DNA from: Candidatus Saccharimonadota bacterium
GTDB lineage: Bacteria > Pseudomonadota > Gammaproteobacteria > Enterobacterales > Enterobacteriaceae
DNA: 32,000 bases
Direction: 5' to 3'
NCBI RefSeq assembly: GCF_014857065.1
Contig: NZ_CP046533.1
Span: 540,001 to 572,000 of the forward strand
The first letter of the stretch is position 1. The number at the start of each line of letters is the position of its first letter. Under the pieces are notes generated by a model. It was not told where the DNA came from, ran no database searches, and saw only the letters and a program-made list of their open reading frames with translations. Positions 8,167 through 18,162 of this stretch are shown piece after piece. Made by a program: the position numbers and the translations under genes.

Positions 8167-9114
8167 ATGCTTAGCGCTTTTAAATTGGAGAATAATCAAT
8201 TAGTTAAGATTAATTTGGAAAAATCTTTTGCTTTGCGTGAAGCGATATGGATTGATTTAATTGAACCTACCAAAGATGAATTTAATCGCATACAAATAGA
8301 GTTAGGTGATAGTTTTATAAAATGTTTTGATTCTAAGGGAAATATTGGTAATAGTAAATTTTTAAAAAGCAAAAAAGATTTATATATTTGTTCTGTATTT
8401 TTTTACAATGAGATATATCATCAAACGGATGGTATTGTTGTTTCGTTTATAATTTGTGATGGGAAATTATATAGTGTACGTGAACAAGAAATATCTGTTT
8501 TTCGTTTTTATCAAACGGATGTTGATAATACAGAACTTTTTATTGATGATAATGGTGCATATACAATTTTATTAGATTTATTTGAGTTAAAAATAGATCA
8601 TTTGGCAAATAAAATAGAGAATGTTTATAGTGATTTAGAAGTATTGGGTGTCTTGATTATGAATGGGAAAGAAATAGATAAATACAGTTCAATATTTTCT
8701 ACTTTAGCAAGTTTAGAACAAGTTTGTTGGAAATTGCGTAGATGTTTATTAGATACTCAACGTTCTGTTGATTTTTTGATTCGTAAGGCAAAAATTTCTA
8801 TCAATCAAATAAGTCAGGCAAAGAAAGTTTTAAGTATTATAGATTATTTATTAGTTCATACTGAAACAGTATTACAAAAAGTTAATTTTTTGATACAAAT
8901 AGCAATGGGGTTCATTAATATTGAACAAAATCGTGTTCTTAGATTTTTTTCTGTAGTTTTTTTACCACCTACATTAGTTGCTTCTAGCTATGGTATGAAT
9001 TTTGAATTTATGCCGGAGTTAAAATGGTCTTTTGGATATCCCATAGCTATTATCTTAATGATTTTAACTGGTTTAGCTCCTTATCTTTATTTTAAGCATA
9101 AAAATTGGTTATAA
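8167..9114 (+). CDS. corA: Magnesium/cobalt transporter CorA
   Basis: The ORF runs 8161..9114. The ATG at 8167 gives MLSAFKLENN, matching E. coli MLSAFQLENN. The C-terminus has FLPPTLVASSYGMNFEFMPELKWSFGYP, including the GMN motif. Confidence 0.93.
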   Translation: MLSAFKLENNQLVKINLEKSFALREAIWIDLIEPTKDEFNRIQIELGDSFIKCFDSKGNIGNSKFLKSKKDLYICSVFFYNEIYHQTDGIVVSFIICDGKLYSVREQEISVFRFYQTDVDNTELFIDDNGAYTILLDLFELKIDHLANKIENVYSDLEVLGVLIMNGKEIDKYSSIFSTLASLEQVCWKLRRCLLDTQRSVDFLIRKAKISINQISQAKKVLSIIDYLLVHTETVLQKVNFLIQIAMGFINIEQNRVLRFFSVVFLPPTLVASSYGMNFEFMPELKWSFGYPIAIILMILTGLAPYLYFKHKNWL

Positions 9115-9742
9115 TTTTGTTTATTATTCAGTGTTGATATTTTATTTTTATATTTTCATGTATTGTATATTATGTATTTAAATTTTATAGAATTAATATT
9201 TTAGAATCGATATTTTGATGATTACATATACTGTTTTTTATTTCAGATATATTTAAATTTCAATCATAAGTTATGTAATAAAATAATTATTGTTAAATTT
9301 TGTTATATGAATATTTATTTTTTTTGATTTGTATTTTTGTATTATTTATGTTAACGGCTACTTGATGTAGTTATTTAGACTTTTGTATTTCTTTACTAAG
9401 ATAGCTTTTAATTGCTATATATATATTTTATGTTAAGAATTGTTTCTAACAAAATAGGTTTTTCTAAAGTTTTAAATAGTAAAAACTATGATATATATAT
9501 TTATATATTCGAGGAAAGGTTATTTTCTTTAATATATATTTATTAGTTAATTTATAATTATAGATCAAATATTTTTAAATGATATTATAATAGATATGGC
9601 GGAAAATTAGGATAAATCTAAATGAATGTTTAAATTTATTATTGTATATTTAATTATAAATCATTACTACTAAACTTAGTTATGTATTTTATAATAAGAT
9701 TATAATTGTTTATTTAATTGAATATTAGAGGTTTGGTGTTTT

Positions 9743-10561
9743 ATGTTTCATATTGTTGCATCTGATTTGGATGGTACTTTATTATCTTCTGATCATAAAG
9801 TCGGTTGTTTTACTAAACAAATCTTACAGTCCCTTATTACCCAGGGTATACATTTTGTTTTTGCTACTGGTCGTCACCATGTCAATGTCATTAAGATACG
9901 TGATTATTTAAATATTTCTGCTTATATGATTACTTCCAATGGTGCTAGAGTATATGACAATAGTAATGAGTTAATTTTTTCTCATAATTTGAATGAAAAC
10001 ATAGCTTTGGAATTGTTTGATTTAGTGTATAATGATCCAAAAATTGTTACTAACATATTTCGTAATGATGAATGGTATATAAATCGTAACGTTCATCTAG
10101 ATAAAGAAAATTATCTTAGTGGTTTTTCTTTTCATGCTAAATTATACCAACAAAATATGTTACCTGCTGATGGCATTTGTAAAGTTTATTTTACTAGTGA
10201 TGACTATCAACATCTATTAAATTTGGAACGATTTTTGAATGTGCGTTGGGGGGATTGTATTAATGTTAGTTTTTCTTTACCTATGTGTCTTGAAGTTATG
10301 CCTGGTGGTGTTTCCAAGGGTTATGCCTTACATGAAGTTGCTAACTTATTAGGTTATGATTTGCAAGATTGTATTTCTTTTGGGGATGGTATGAATGATC
10401 AAGAGATGTTATCAATGGTTGGTAAAGGTTGTATTATGCGTAATGCTCAACAACGACTAAAAGATAGTCTTCCTTGGTTAGAAATTATTGGTAGTAATGA
10501 AGAAGAAGCTGTTTCTCATTATTTACGAGAAATGTATCTGATAAAAACTGATTTTTTATGA
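9743..10561 (+). CDS. yigL: Cof-type HAD phosphatase YigL
   Basis: MFHIVASDLDGTLLSSDH..FVFATGRHH..ITSNGARV..GDGMNDQEMLSMVGKGCIM. Collinear with E. coli YigL. Confidence 0.9.
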   Translation: MFHIVASDLDGTLLSSDHKVGCFTKQILQSLITQGIHFVFATGRHHVNVIKIRDYLNISAYMITSNGARVYDNSNELIFSHNLNENIALELFDLVYNDPKIVTNIFRNDEWYINRNVHLDKENYLSGFSFHAKLYQQNMLPADGICKVYFTSDDYQHLLNLERFLNVRWGDCINVSFSLPMCLEVMPGGVSKGYALHEVANLLGYDLQDCISFGDGMNDQEMLSMVGKGCIMRNAQQRLKDSLPWLEIIGSNEEEAVSHYLREMYLIKTDFL

Positions 10562-10869
10562 ATAATGATTATTATATAGAATAAAATTTTTATAATTTCA
10601 AATAATTAATTCTTGATGTTGTTGCGATTTTGATATTTTTGTTATTTTATTTTTGTTATGGATAAGAATGATTTAATAAAATTTAAAGTAAATTATATAT
10701 TTATCTTAAATTTTGTTTAGTTAAGTATATCAATTATTATAATAGTTAAAGTTTATTTTTGGGTAAAATGCTTATTGAAATCGCGTAAGTTGTACGATAT
10801 GTTACTGTTTAAATATAATTTTTCAATTTTATTTTAATAAGTAATATATCGTACTTTAGCGTTGATAGT

Positions 10870-11463
10870 TTATGTGCGAAGGTAGTCTTTTATGCCATCC
10901 AGTAACATTTGAGTAGAAATCATAATTAATAATAACCCCATTAAACGTTCTAGAGCGTTTATTCCTTTGTTTCCTAATAGACGAGAAAATACATTTGATA
11001 GCATTAAAATTAATATAGATAACCCCCAAGCAATTAGTAGTGATAGTATTAGAAAATCAATTTTATGAGGATATTGATGTGATAACAGTAATAATGTAGC
11101 TAAAATTGATGGCCCCGCAACTAAAGGAATGGCTAATGGTACTAGGAATGGTTCTTCATCTATTTGTAATCCTGAATTGTTGTTTTCTTGTGATGGAAAG
11201 ATCATTTTAATTGCTATTAAAAATAAAATAATTCCACCTGCAATAGATACCGTTTCTGTATGTAAATTAAGGAATATAAGTATATGTTCGCCGACAAACA
11301 AAAATATTAACATTAATAGTAAAGCTATTAGCATTTCTCTAATTACAATTATTTGTCTTCTTTTTGGTTCTAAATGTTTTAGAATTGACATGAAGATTGG
11401 TAGATTTCCAATCGGATCCATAATTAAAAATAGTAGTATAGTAGCTGATATCATTTCATTCAT
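10870..11463 (-). CDS. yhgN: MarC-family inner membrane protein YhgN
   Basis: 197 aa: MNEMISATILLFLIMDPIGNLPIFMSILKHLEPKRR..PLAIPLVAGPSILATLLLLSHQYP. Close to E. coli YhgN and adjacent to and divergent from asd, as in E. coli. Confidence 0.9.
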   Translation of the reverse strand: MNEMISATILLFLIMDPIGNLPIFMSILKHLEPKRRQIIVIREMLIALLLMLIFLFVGEHILIFLNLHTETVSIAGGIILFLIAIKMIFPSQENNNSGLQIDEEPFLVPLAIPLVAGPSILATLLLLSHQYPHKIDFLILSLLIAWGLSILILMLSNVFSRLLGNKGINALERLMGLLLIMISTQMLLDGIKDYLRT

Positions 11464-11671
11464 TAGTATATAAATCTCCTTAAGTTTTATTAATTGAAAT
11501 TAATTGTTGTTTTGTTCATTTACGAATTAATTTTTATTTTTTTATGTTCTTATTTTAAATTTATTGTTTCATATTATTAGTGTAATATATAGTATATTCG
11601 TAAATTAGATGTAATTGCAGCATATAAATTTTGTTTATTTAGTAAGTTATTTGATGCAAAAGGAAGAATAT

Positions 11672-12775
11672 ATGAAAAATGTTGGGTTTATAGGTTGGCG
11701 AGGGATGGTTGGATCAGTGCTTATGAAACGTATGCTTGAAGAAAATAATTTTAATAATATTTCTTCTGTTTTTTTTTCGACTTCTCAATATGGCAAAACT
11801 GTTTCTAATATGAATGATCGTTTTGGTATTATACAAAACGCTTGGGATTTAGATATTCTTAGTTCCTTGGATATTATTGTCACATGTCAAGGTAGTGATT
11901 ATACAAATGAAATTTATCCAAAATTAAGAAATATTGGTTGGCAAGGTTATTGGATAGATAGTGCATCTTCATTAAGAATGCTTGAAGATGTTATTATTGT
12001 CCTTGATCCCATTAATCAACATTTGATAAATCAAGGTCTAGATAGAGGTATTAAAACTTTTGTAGGTGGTAATTGTACTGTTAGTTTAATGTTGATGTCT
12101 TTAGGTGGTTTATTTGTTTCTAATTTAGTTGAATGGATTTCAGTATCTACCTATCAGGCTGTTTCTGGTGCTGGCGCTAAATTTGTACGTGAATTATTAA
12201 TGCAAATAGGTGATATACATAACTCAATAAGTGATTTATTGCTAAATTCTGATATATCTATTTTAGAAATTGAAGGCCTTGTAACTAAATTGTTAAATGA
12301 TAATTTAATATTAAATAATTATGATAGTGTGCCTTTAGCATGTAATTTAGTGCCATGGATTGATAGGTTATTAGATAATGGTCAAACCAGAGAAGAATGG
12401 AAGAGTCAAGTTGAGACTAATAAAATACTAGGCCTTAAGGAAGTAGTTCCAATTGATGGTTTATGCGTGCGCATTAGTTCTTTACGTTGTCATAGTCAAT
12501 CTTTTGTTATAAAGTTAAAAGAAAATGTTTCTTTAAAAGAAATTGAATTTTTGCTTGCAGCACATAATGAGTGGGTAGTTGTGGTACCAAATGATTATAG
12601 TTGCTCATTACATCAACTTACACCAGCAGTTGTTACTGGTACTTTGAATATTCCAATTGGTAGATTACGCAAATTAAATATGGGTCCACGTTATCTTTCA
12701 GCTTTTACTGTAGGTGATCAGTTGTTATGGGGAGCTGCTGAGCCATTGCGAAGAATGTTATGTAAGTTAATTTAA
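11672..12775 (+). CDS. asd: Aspartate-semialdehyde dehydrogenase Asd
   Basis: The ORF track starts at TTG 11615. The ATG at 11672 gives [18 protein letters not shown], identical to the E. coli Asd N-terminus, and is preceded by [24 protein letters not shown] and [13 protein letters not shown] are present. Confidence 0.95.
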   Translation: MKNVGFIGWRGMVGSVLMKRMLEENNFNNISSVFFSTSQYGKTVSNMNDRFGIIQNAWDLDILSSLDIIVTCQGSDYTNEIYPKLRNIGWQGYWIDSASSLRMLEDVIIVLDPINQHLINQGLDRGIKTFVGGNCTVSLMLMSLGGLFVSNLVEWISVSTYQAVSGAGAKFVRELLMQIGDIHNSISDLLLNSDISILEIEGLVTKLLNDNLILNNYDSVPLACNLVPWIDRLLDNGQTREEWKSQVETNKILGLKEVVPIDGLCVRISSLRCHSQSFVIKLKENVSLKEIEFLLAAHNEWVVVVPNDYSCSLHQLTPAVVTGTLNIPIGRLRKLNMGPRYLSAFTVGDQLLWGAAEPLRRMLCKLI

Positions 12776-12955
12776 TTTAATTGTTGTTTTGTGTAGTGTG
12801 TATTTTATTTGTTTTATGTTTTATATTAAGATAGGATTTGAAATTATCAGAGATAATATATATTATTTTTCGTAATTTTTGTTTTACTGTTTAGAATAAC
12901 TATTGGAAAAGTATCAGATTTCTTTATAATATACTTCGTGGATTAAGTATATTTA

Positions 12956-13001
12956 AAGTTAGAATAAACTAAATTGAATTCAATTTAGTTTATTCTAACT
13001 T
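12956..13001. repeat. Perfect 46-bp spacerless palindrome centred on GAATTC. It starts at the duplication junction and is followed by a T-run, so it could act as a terminator.
   Basis: Checked pair by pair: 12956..12978 is the exact reverse complement of 12979..13001 (AAGTTAGAATAAACTAAATTGAA|TTCAATTTAGTTTATTCTAACTT). The next pair, 12955/13002, mismatches. GTTTTTA follows. Confidence 0.9.
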
Positions 13002-13226
13002 GTTTTTATCTAAATTTAAATTTATATAATATTAGTTGTATTTTTTAAGATTTTTTAAATATTATATTTGTGTTATTTTTTATTTTTGCTTATTTGCATT
13101 AGAAACAAAATATGTTTTTGATAATTAGTATTTATAAAAAGAAAGTTCATTTAACATTTTAAATATTAGAATGTAATATCTGTTATATTAACATTGAAAT
13201 GGTGATTATAGAATATAGAGGTATTT

Positions 13227-14705
13227 ATGATTAATTACTTTAATACGCTGACTTTTCAAAAAAAAATAGAACATTTAGGTCAGTGTCGATTTATGGATCA
13301 CAGTGAGTTTTCTTGTGCTGTAGATTGTTTGATGAATAAAAAAATTGTTATTGTTGGTTGTGGAGCTCAAGGTTTGAATCAGGGTTTGAACATGAGAGAT
13401 TCTGGCTTAGATATCGTTTATGTTTTACGTAAAGAAGCAATTCTTGAAAAAAATGATTCTTGGCGTAGAGCAACATTACATGGTTTCAGATTAGCTAGTT
13501 ATGAAGAAGTTATTCCAGAAGCAGATTTAGTAATCAATTTAACACCAGATAAACAGCATTCTAATGTTTTAAGAATGTTACAACCATTAATGAAAAGTAA
13601 TAGTGTTTTAGGATATTCTCATGGGTTTAATATTGTAGAAGTTGGTGAAAAAATTCGTAAGGATATTACGGTAATTATGGTAGCTCCTAAATCTCCTGGT
13701 AGTGAGGTTCGCGAAGAATATATGAGAGGATTTGGCGTTCCTACTTTAATTGCAGTACATTCAGAAAATGATTTAAATGAACAAGGGTTGATGTTTGCAA
13801 AAGGATGGGCCGCTGCAATTGGTAGTGATCGAGCTGGAGTATTAGAGTCATCATTTGTAGCAGAAGTAAAATCAGATTTAATGGGAGAACAAACAGTTTT
13901 ATGTGGTTTATTGCAAGCTGGGTCTTTATTATCATTTAATAAAATGGTTGATGATGGCATTGATCGTATGTATGCGGCAAAATTAGTGCAATTTGGTTGG
14001 GAGATCATTGCTGAATCCTTAAAACATGGAGGTATTACATTAATGATGGATCGTTTATCTAATACTTCTAAATTGCGCGCTTTTACTTTAGCAAATAAAC
14101 TAAAAGAAATAATGTTACCTTTGTTTGAAAAACATATGAATGATATTATTAGTGGCGTATTTTCTCATTCTATGATGTTAGATTGGGAAGATAATGATAA
14201 AAAATTACTTAATTGGCGCCATCAAGTTAGTAATACTATGTTTGAAAGTACACCTACTTGTAGTGAAAAGATTAGTAATCAAATATATTTTGATCATGGT
14301 GTACTTATGGTGGCTATGTTGAAAGCTGGAATAGAGTTAGCTTTTGAAATTATGATTAAGGTTGGTATCGATCCAAAATCAGCTTATTATGAGTCATTGC
14401 ATGAATTGCCGTTAATCGCTAATACAATTGCTCGCAAAAAGTTATATATGATGAATAAGACAATTTCTGATACAGCTGAGTATGGGTCTTATTTATTTTC
14501 GAATAGTTTAATTTCATTGTTACAGGAGGATTTTATTGCGAGTTTACAACAAGGAGATTTAGGTCAATCAATTATTGAAAAAAAGGTGGATAATATTCAA
14601 TTACGTAATGTTAATGATGATATTCGTTCTCATTCTATCGAAAAAATTGGCGCACAATTGCGTTTGTATATGATAAATATGAAGGATATTACAAAAGGTA
14701 GGTAA
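13227..14705 (+). CDS. ilvC: Ketol-acid reductoisomerase IlvC
   Basis: 492 aa: [86 protein letters not shown]. Collinear with E. coli class II KARI. AGAGG lies upstream of the ATG. Confidence 0.95.
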   Translation: MINYFNTLTFQKKIEHLGQCRFMDHSEFSCAVDCLMNKKIVIVGCGAQGLNQGLNMRDSGLDIVYVLRKEAILEKNDSWRRATLHGFRLASYEEVIPEADLVINLTPDKQHSNVLRMLQPLMKSNSVLGYSHGFNIVEVGEKIRKDITVIMVAPKSPGSEVREEYMRGFGVPTLIAVHSENDLNEQGLMFAKGWAAAIGSDRAGVLESSFVAEVKSDLMGEQTVLCGLLQAGSLLSFNKMVDDGIDRMYAAKLVQFGWEIIAESLKHGGITLMMDRLSNTSKLRAFTLANKLKEIMLPLFEKHMNDIISGVFSHSMMLDWEDNDKKLLNWRHQVSNTMFESTPTCSEKISNQIYFDHGVLMVAMLKAGIELAFEIMIKVGIDPKSAYYESLHELPLIANTIARKKLYMMNKTISDTAEYGSYLFSNSLISLLQEDFIASLQQGDLGQSIIEKKVDNIQLRNVNDDIRSHSIEKIGAQLRLYMINMKDITKGR

Positions 14706-14838
14706 AGTTTGTGTAGTTAGGATTTTATTTTTATTTATGCATTTATGGTATTCTGAATAATTAGTGTATTTTAGGTGTGCTAGAAGTATATGGATCTGAG
14801 TTAATTATTTTAGTTTTCTGAATATCTTGGAGTTCGAA

Positions 14839-15171
14839 ATGAATAGTGAGATTCTTTGTTTAAATGACTCTAATTTCAATAAAAATGTGATAGATTTGAG
14901 CAGTAAGTGTTTGTTTTTGGTTGATTTTTGGGCGGAATGGTGTAATCCTTGTAAAATTATTTCGTCAGTTTTAGATGATGTAGCAAAGGAATACATTGAT
15001 AAATTAAGGGTTGCTAAATGTAACATTGATGAGAGTCCAATAACAACTAGGAAATATGGAATACGCAGTATTCCGACTTTGTTGTTGTTTAAATATAATG
15101 AAGTAATATCAACTAAAATTGGAGTTCTATCGAAAGGTCAATTAAGGGAGTTTTTAAATGTTTATTTATAA
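14839..15171 (+). CDS. trxA: Thioredoxin 1 with the variant active site WCNPC
   Basis: The ORF track starts at TTG 14827. The ATG at 14839 is preceded by GGAG and gives about 110 aa, similar to E. coli TrxA (109 aa). VDFWAEWCNPCK..YGIRSIPTLLLFK..SKGQLREFL. Confidence 0.9.
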   Translation: MNSEILCLNDSNFNKNVIDLSSKCLFLVDFWAEWCNPCKIISSVLDDVAKEYIDKLRVAKCNIDESPITTRKYGIRSIPTLLLFKYNEVISTKIGVLSKGQLREFLNVYL

Positions 15172-15386
15172 AATTATAAGTAAGATTTATTTTGTAGTTA
15201 AGATATTATAGACTTAAGTAGAGAAATGTGTTATAAGGCTATTTGTTTAGATTTTACTAAGATATTTATGATATCTTTAATTCTTGCTTAGATTAAATTA
15301 GAGTTTTATTAAATTTCATAAATAAGATATTGGTTGAATTGTTTTGTGGTATTTATTTAATATAAGATTGGGATGTGCCCGCCATT

Positions 15387-16646
15387 ATGAATCTTACCGA
15401 ACTAAAAAATATCTCTGTTTCTGAGCTGGTCACTTTGGGAGAAAGTATGGGCTTGGAAAATTTAGCTCGTATGCGAAAACAGGATATTATCTTTGCTATT
15501 CTTAAACAACATTCTAAAAGTGGTGAAGATATTTTTGGAAATGGTGTTTTGGAAATATTACAGGATGGTTTTGGTTTTCTTCGTTCTAGTGATAGTTCTT
15601 ATCTCGCAGGACCAGATGATATTTATGTATCACCCAGTCAAATACGTCGTTTCAATTTACGTACAGGTGACACCATTTCTGGTAAAATTAGACCTCCAAA
15701 AGAAGGAGAACGTTATTTTGCATTGCTTAAAGTAAATGATGTCAATTATGATAAACCGGAAAATGCTCGTAGTAAAATTTTGTTTGAGAATTTGACTCCT
15801 TTACATGCAAATTCTCGTTTACGTATGGAAAGAGGTAATGGTTCTACAGAAGATTTAACTGCGAGAGTGTTAGATTTAGCTTCACCTATAGGTCGTGGCC
15901 AACGTGGTCTTATTGTTGCTCCACCTAAAGCTGGTAAAACAATACTTTTGCAAAATATTGCTCAAAGTGTTGCTTATAATCATTCGGAATGCGTTTTAAT
16001 AGTTTTGCTGATTGATGAACGCCCTGAAGAAGTTACGGAAATGCAGAGGTTGGTAAAAGGGGAGGTTATTGCATCTACTTTCGATGAACCGGCTTCTCGT
16101 CATATACAGGTTTCTGAAATGGTTATTGAGAAAGCTAAACGTTTAGTGGAACATAAAAAAGATGTTATTATTTTATTGGATTCTATTACTAGGTTGGCGC
16201 GTGCTTATAACACAGTAGTTCCAGCTTCTGGAAAAATTTTGACAGGAGGCGTAGATGCTAATGCATTACAACGTCCGAAGAGGTTTTTTGGTGCTGCGCG
16301 TAATATGGAGGAAGGTGGTAGTTTAACTATTATTGCTACTGCATTAATTGATACTGGTTCAAAAATGGATGAGGTAATTTATGAAGAATTTAAGGGAACA
16401 GGTAATATGGAATTACATTTGTCTCGTAGAATTGCAGAAAAGCGAGTTTTTCCAGCAATTGATTATAACCGTTCTGGTACTCGTAAAGAAGAGTTGCTTA
16501 CTACTCAGGAAGAGCTTCAAAAAATTTGGATTTTACGTAAAATTATTCATCCTATGGGGGAAATTGATGCAATGGAATTTATGATGAATAAACTATCAAT
16601 GACTAAGACCAATGATGAATTTTTTAACATGATGAGGCGTTCTTAA
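15387..16646 (+). CDS. rho: Transcription termination factor Rho, full length (419 aa)
   Basis: The ORF track starts at GTG 15375. The ATG at 15387 gives MNLTELKN, as in E. coli Rho. Roughly 90% identity by eye along the whole length. Confidence 0.96.
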   Translation: MNLTELKNISVSELVTLGESMGLENLARMRKQDIIFAILKQHSKSGEDIFGNGVLEILQDGFGFLRSSDSSYLAGPDDIYVSPSQIRRFNLRTGDTISGKIRPPKEGERYFALLKVNDVNYDKPENARSKILFENLTPLHANSRLRMERGNGSTEDLTARVLDLASPIGRGQRGLIVAPPKAGKTILLQNIAQSVAYNHSECVLIVLLIDERPEEVTEMQRLVKGEVIASTFDEPASRHIQVSEMVIEKAKRLVEHKKDVIILLDSITRLARAYNTVVPASGKILTGGVDANALQRPKRFFGAARNMEEGGSLTIIATALIDTGSKMDEVIYEEFKGTGNMELHLSRRIAEKRVFPAIDYNRSGTRKEELLTTQEELQKIWILRKIIHPMGEIDAMEFMMNKLSMTKTNDEFFNMMRRS

Positions 16647-16723
16647 TTTTGTTATTGTTTTTATTTTTAGTAACTGAATTTTATTCGTTAATTAATTGAA
16701 TTGTTTTAAAATGATTTAGCTAT

Positions 16724-16797
16724 GCGCTCGTAGCTCAACAGGATAGAGCGTTGTCTTCCGGAGGCAGAGGTTTCAGGTTCAAGTCCTGTCGAGCGCG
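16724..16797 (+). tRNA. argX: tRNA-Arg (CCG), duplicate copy
   Basis: Identical to 839..912 at offset +15885. Confidence 0.9.
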
Positions 16798-16865
16798 TTC
16801 TAATGAATGTAGATATTCGATTTGGTTTTTTGTTACTTGATCTATTTTTGAAAATAATAGAATAT

Positions 16866-16939
16866 GGTGATTGTAGCTCAGTTGGTAGAGCACTGGATTG
16901 TGGTTCCAGTTGTCGTGGGTTCGATTCCCATCAGTCACC
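16866..16939 (+). tRNA. hisR: tRNA-His (GUG), duplicate copy
   Basis: Identical to 981..1054 at offset +15885. Confidence 0.9.
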
Positions 16940-16977
16940 CAAGAAAGGGTATTTATCGAAAATTTGTATCTGGTCAA

Positions 16978-17068
16978 GCGAAGGTGGCGAAATGGGTAGA
17001 CGCGCTAGTTTCAGGAATTAGTGTCGAAAATAATAAAGACTGTGAGGGTTCGAATCCCTCTCTTCGCA
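16978..17068 (+). tRNA. leuT: tRNA-Leu (CAG) with enlarged variable loop, duplicate copy
   Basis: Identical to 1093..1183 at offset +15885. Confidence 0.85.
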
Positions 17069-17099
17069 TGTATTTTCTTTTTTTTTGCGTTTAATTATT

Positions 17100-17173
17100 C
17101 GGCGAGTAGCGCAGCTTGGTAGCGCAGCTGGTTTGGGACCAGTTGGTCGGGGGTTCAAATCCTCTCTCGCCGA
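17100..17173 (+). tRNA. proM: tRNA-Pro (UGG), duplicate copy
   Basis: Identical to 1215..1288 at offset +15885. Confidence 0.9.
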
Positions 17174-17384
17174 TAAGAGATTATAATTTGATTTTTTGTT
17201 TTTATTTAAATATAAATTTTCAAAATAAACAGTATATACTAATTTCTAATTTCTAATTTCTATAGATAGTTAATTGATTTTAAATGCTAATTTTTTTAGA
17301 TTGTATTGAGGATTTATATAGCATTTACATACATGAGAATATATAGTAATCATTCAGTTTGGCAGTATATTTTATAATTTGTTA

Positions 17385-18131
17385 TTATATATTCAGTAAT
17401 AATTTTATTAAATCTTTATTGTTGGCTGTTTTTGCCATTACAATATCTTTCCACCCTAATCGTTTAGCTATATAAGCTAAACGATTACTTACTACTATTA
17501 ATTTACAGCAGATTAACCAAGATTTTCTATGATTTTTTGGTAATAAGTAATATAGTTGTTTTAGCATTTCTCCACTAGTAACCACTAGTGTATTGATGCC
17601 CAGTTTTATCATTCGATTGCCTTGCTCTTCTCCATTGTAATTTATTTGTTTTCTATAATAACATTCACAGTATTCTACTTTTACTCCTCTTTTTTTAAGT
17701 ACATTTCCAAGTTTTTTACGACCATTTTTACCTTGTAGTATTAATGCTCGTTTTCCATGTATGTTTGTTAATGTTGGTAAAAGTAATAAGTTTTCACTGC
17801 TTTCACCATTTTTAGGGAAGTTTACTGATAATCCTGTTAGTTTATTCATTAATAATCCACTAGATCTGCCGATCGAATAGTATTTTAATTTAGATGGCCA
17901 AAATAATCTTGAAATAGACAACCATTGATGAGCATAATTGATTGCATTTTGTGATATAATGAATACAAGATCTTCGTTAGAAAGGAGGTTTAATTTTTTT
18001 ATTAATAAAGATAATTCTTTGCTAGGGTAACAATGAATTAAAGGTAAATGCCACGCTTCTTTACCTAAATTAATTAATTGTTTAACTAAATTATCTCCTG
18101 CTGGCGATGGACGGGTTATTAAAATTTTTTT
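17385..18131 (-). CDS. hemD: Uroporphyrinogen-III synthase HemD, duplicate copy, with the same A9 tract and start-codon problem
   Basis: Identical to 1500..2246. The T9 run on the plus strand is at 18125..18133. Confidence 0.8.
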   Translation of the reverse strand, partial: KKILITRPSPAGDNLVKQLINLGKEAWHLPLIHCYPSKELSLLIKKLNLLSNEDLVFIISQNAINYAHQWLSISRLFWPSKLKYYSIGRSSGLLMNKLTGLSVNFPKNGESSENLLLLPTLTNIHGKRALILQGKNGRKKLGNVLKKRGVKVEYCECYYRKQINYNGEEQGNRMIKLGINTLVVTSGEMLKQLYYLLPKNHRKSWLICCKLIVVSNRLAYIAKRLGWKDIVMAKTANNKDLIKLLLNI

Positions 18132-18162
18132 TTATTTGTTTGCATATTTTAGAATTTAAAAT

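Larger units (their letters stand above)
1..12956. repeat. Copy 1 of a large near-identical direct repeat. Its left end is cut by the window edge. It matches 15886..28842.
   Basis: All ORF-track proteins in 63..12775 recur with identical sequence at +15885 (through hemC) or +15886 (dapF onward). Spot-checked spacers are identical. Identity ends after 12956 (..GTATATTTAA), where 12957 AGTTAGAAT differs from 28843 TTTCCACAT. Confidence 0.95.

Noticed and set aside
11129-11473. 114-aa ORF antisense to yhgN. Similar cases are 13619..14008 and 13741..13935 antisense to ilvC, and 14805..15026 antisense to trxA, plus their duplicates.
   Set aside because: Each lies fully inside a strongly conserved gene on the opposite strand. 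These are typical shadow ORFs.
12886-12900. GTTTAGAATAAC about 60 bp before the junction resembles the palindrome arm GTTAGAATAAAC, which could be homology that mediated the duplication
   Set aside because: The match is only about 9-10 bp, imperfect, and in AT-rich DNA. It does not lie at the breakpoint itself, so it is indistinguishable from chance without the upstream parental sequence.
15493-15735. 80-aa ORF inside rho in another frame, and 30956..31156 overlapping the aroK end and aroB start
   Set aside because: They are out-of-frame overlaps with conserved genes and have no independent support.
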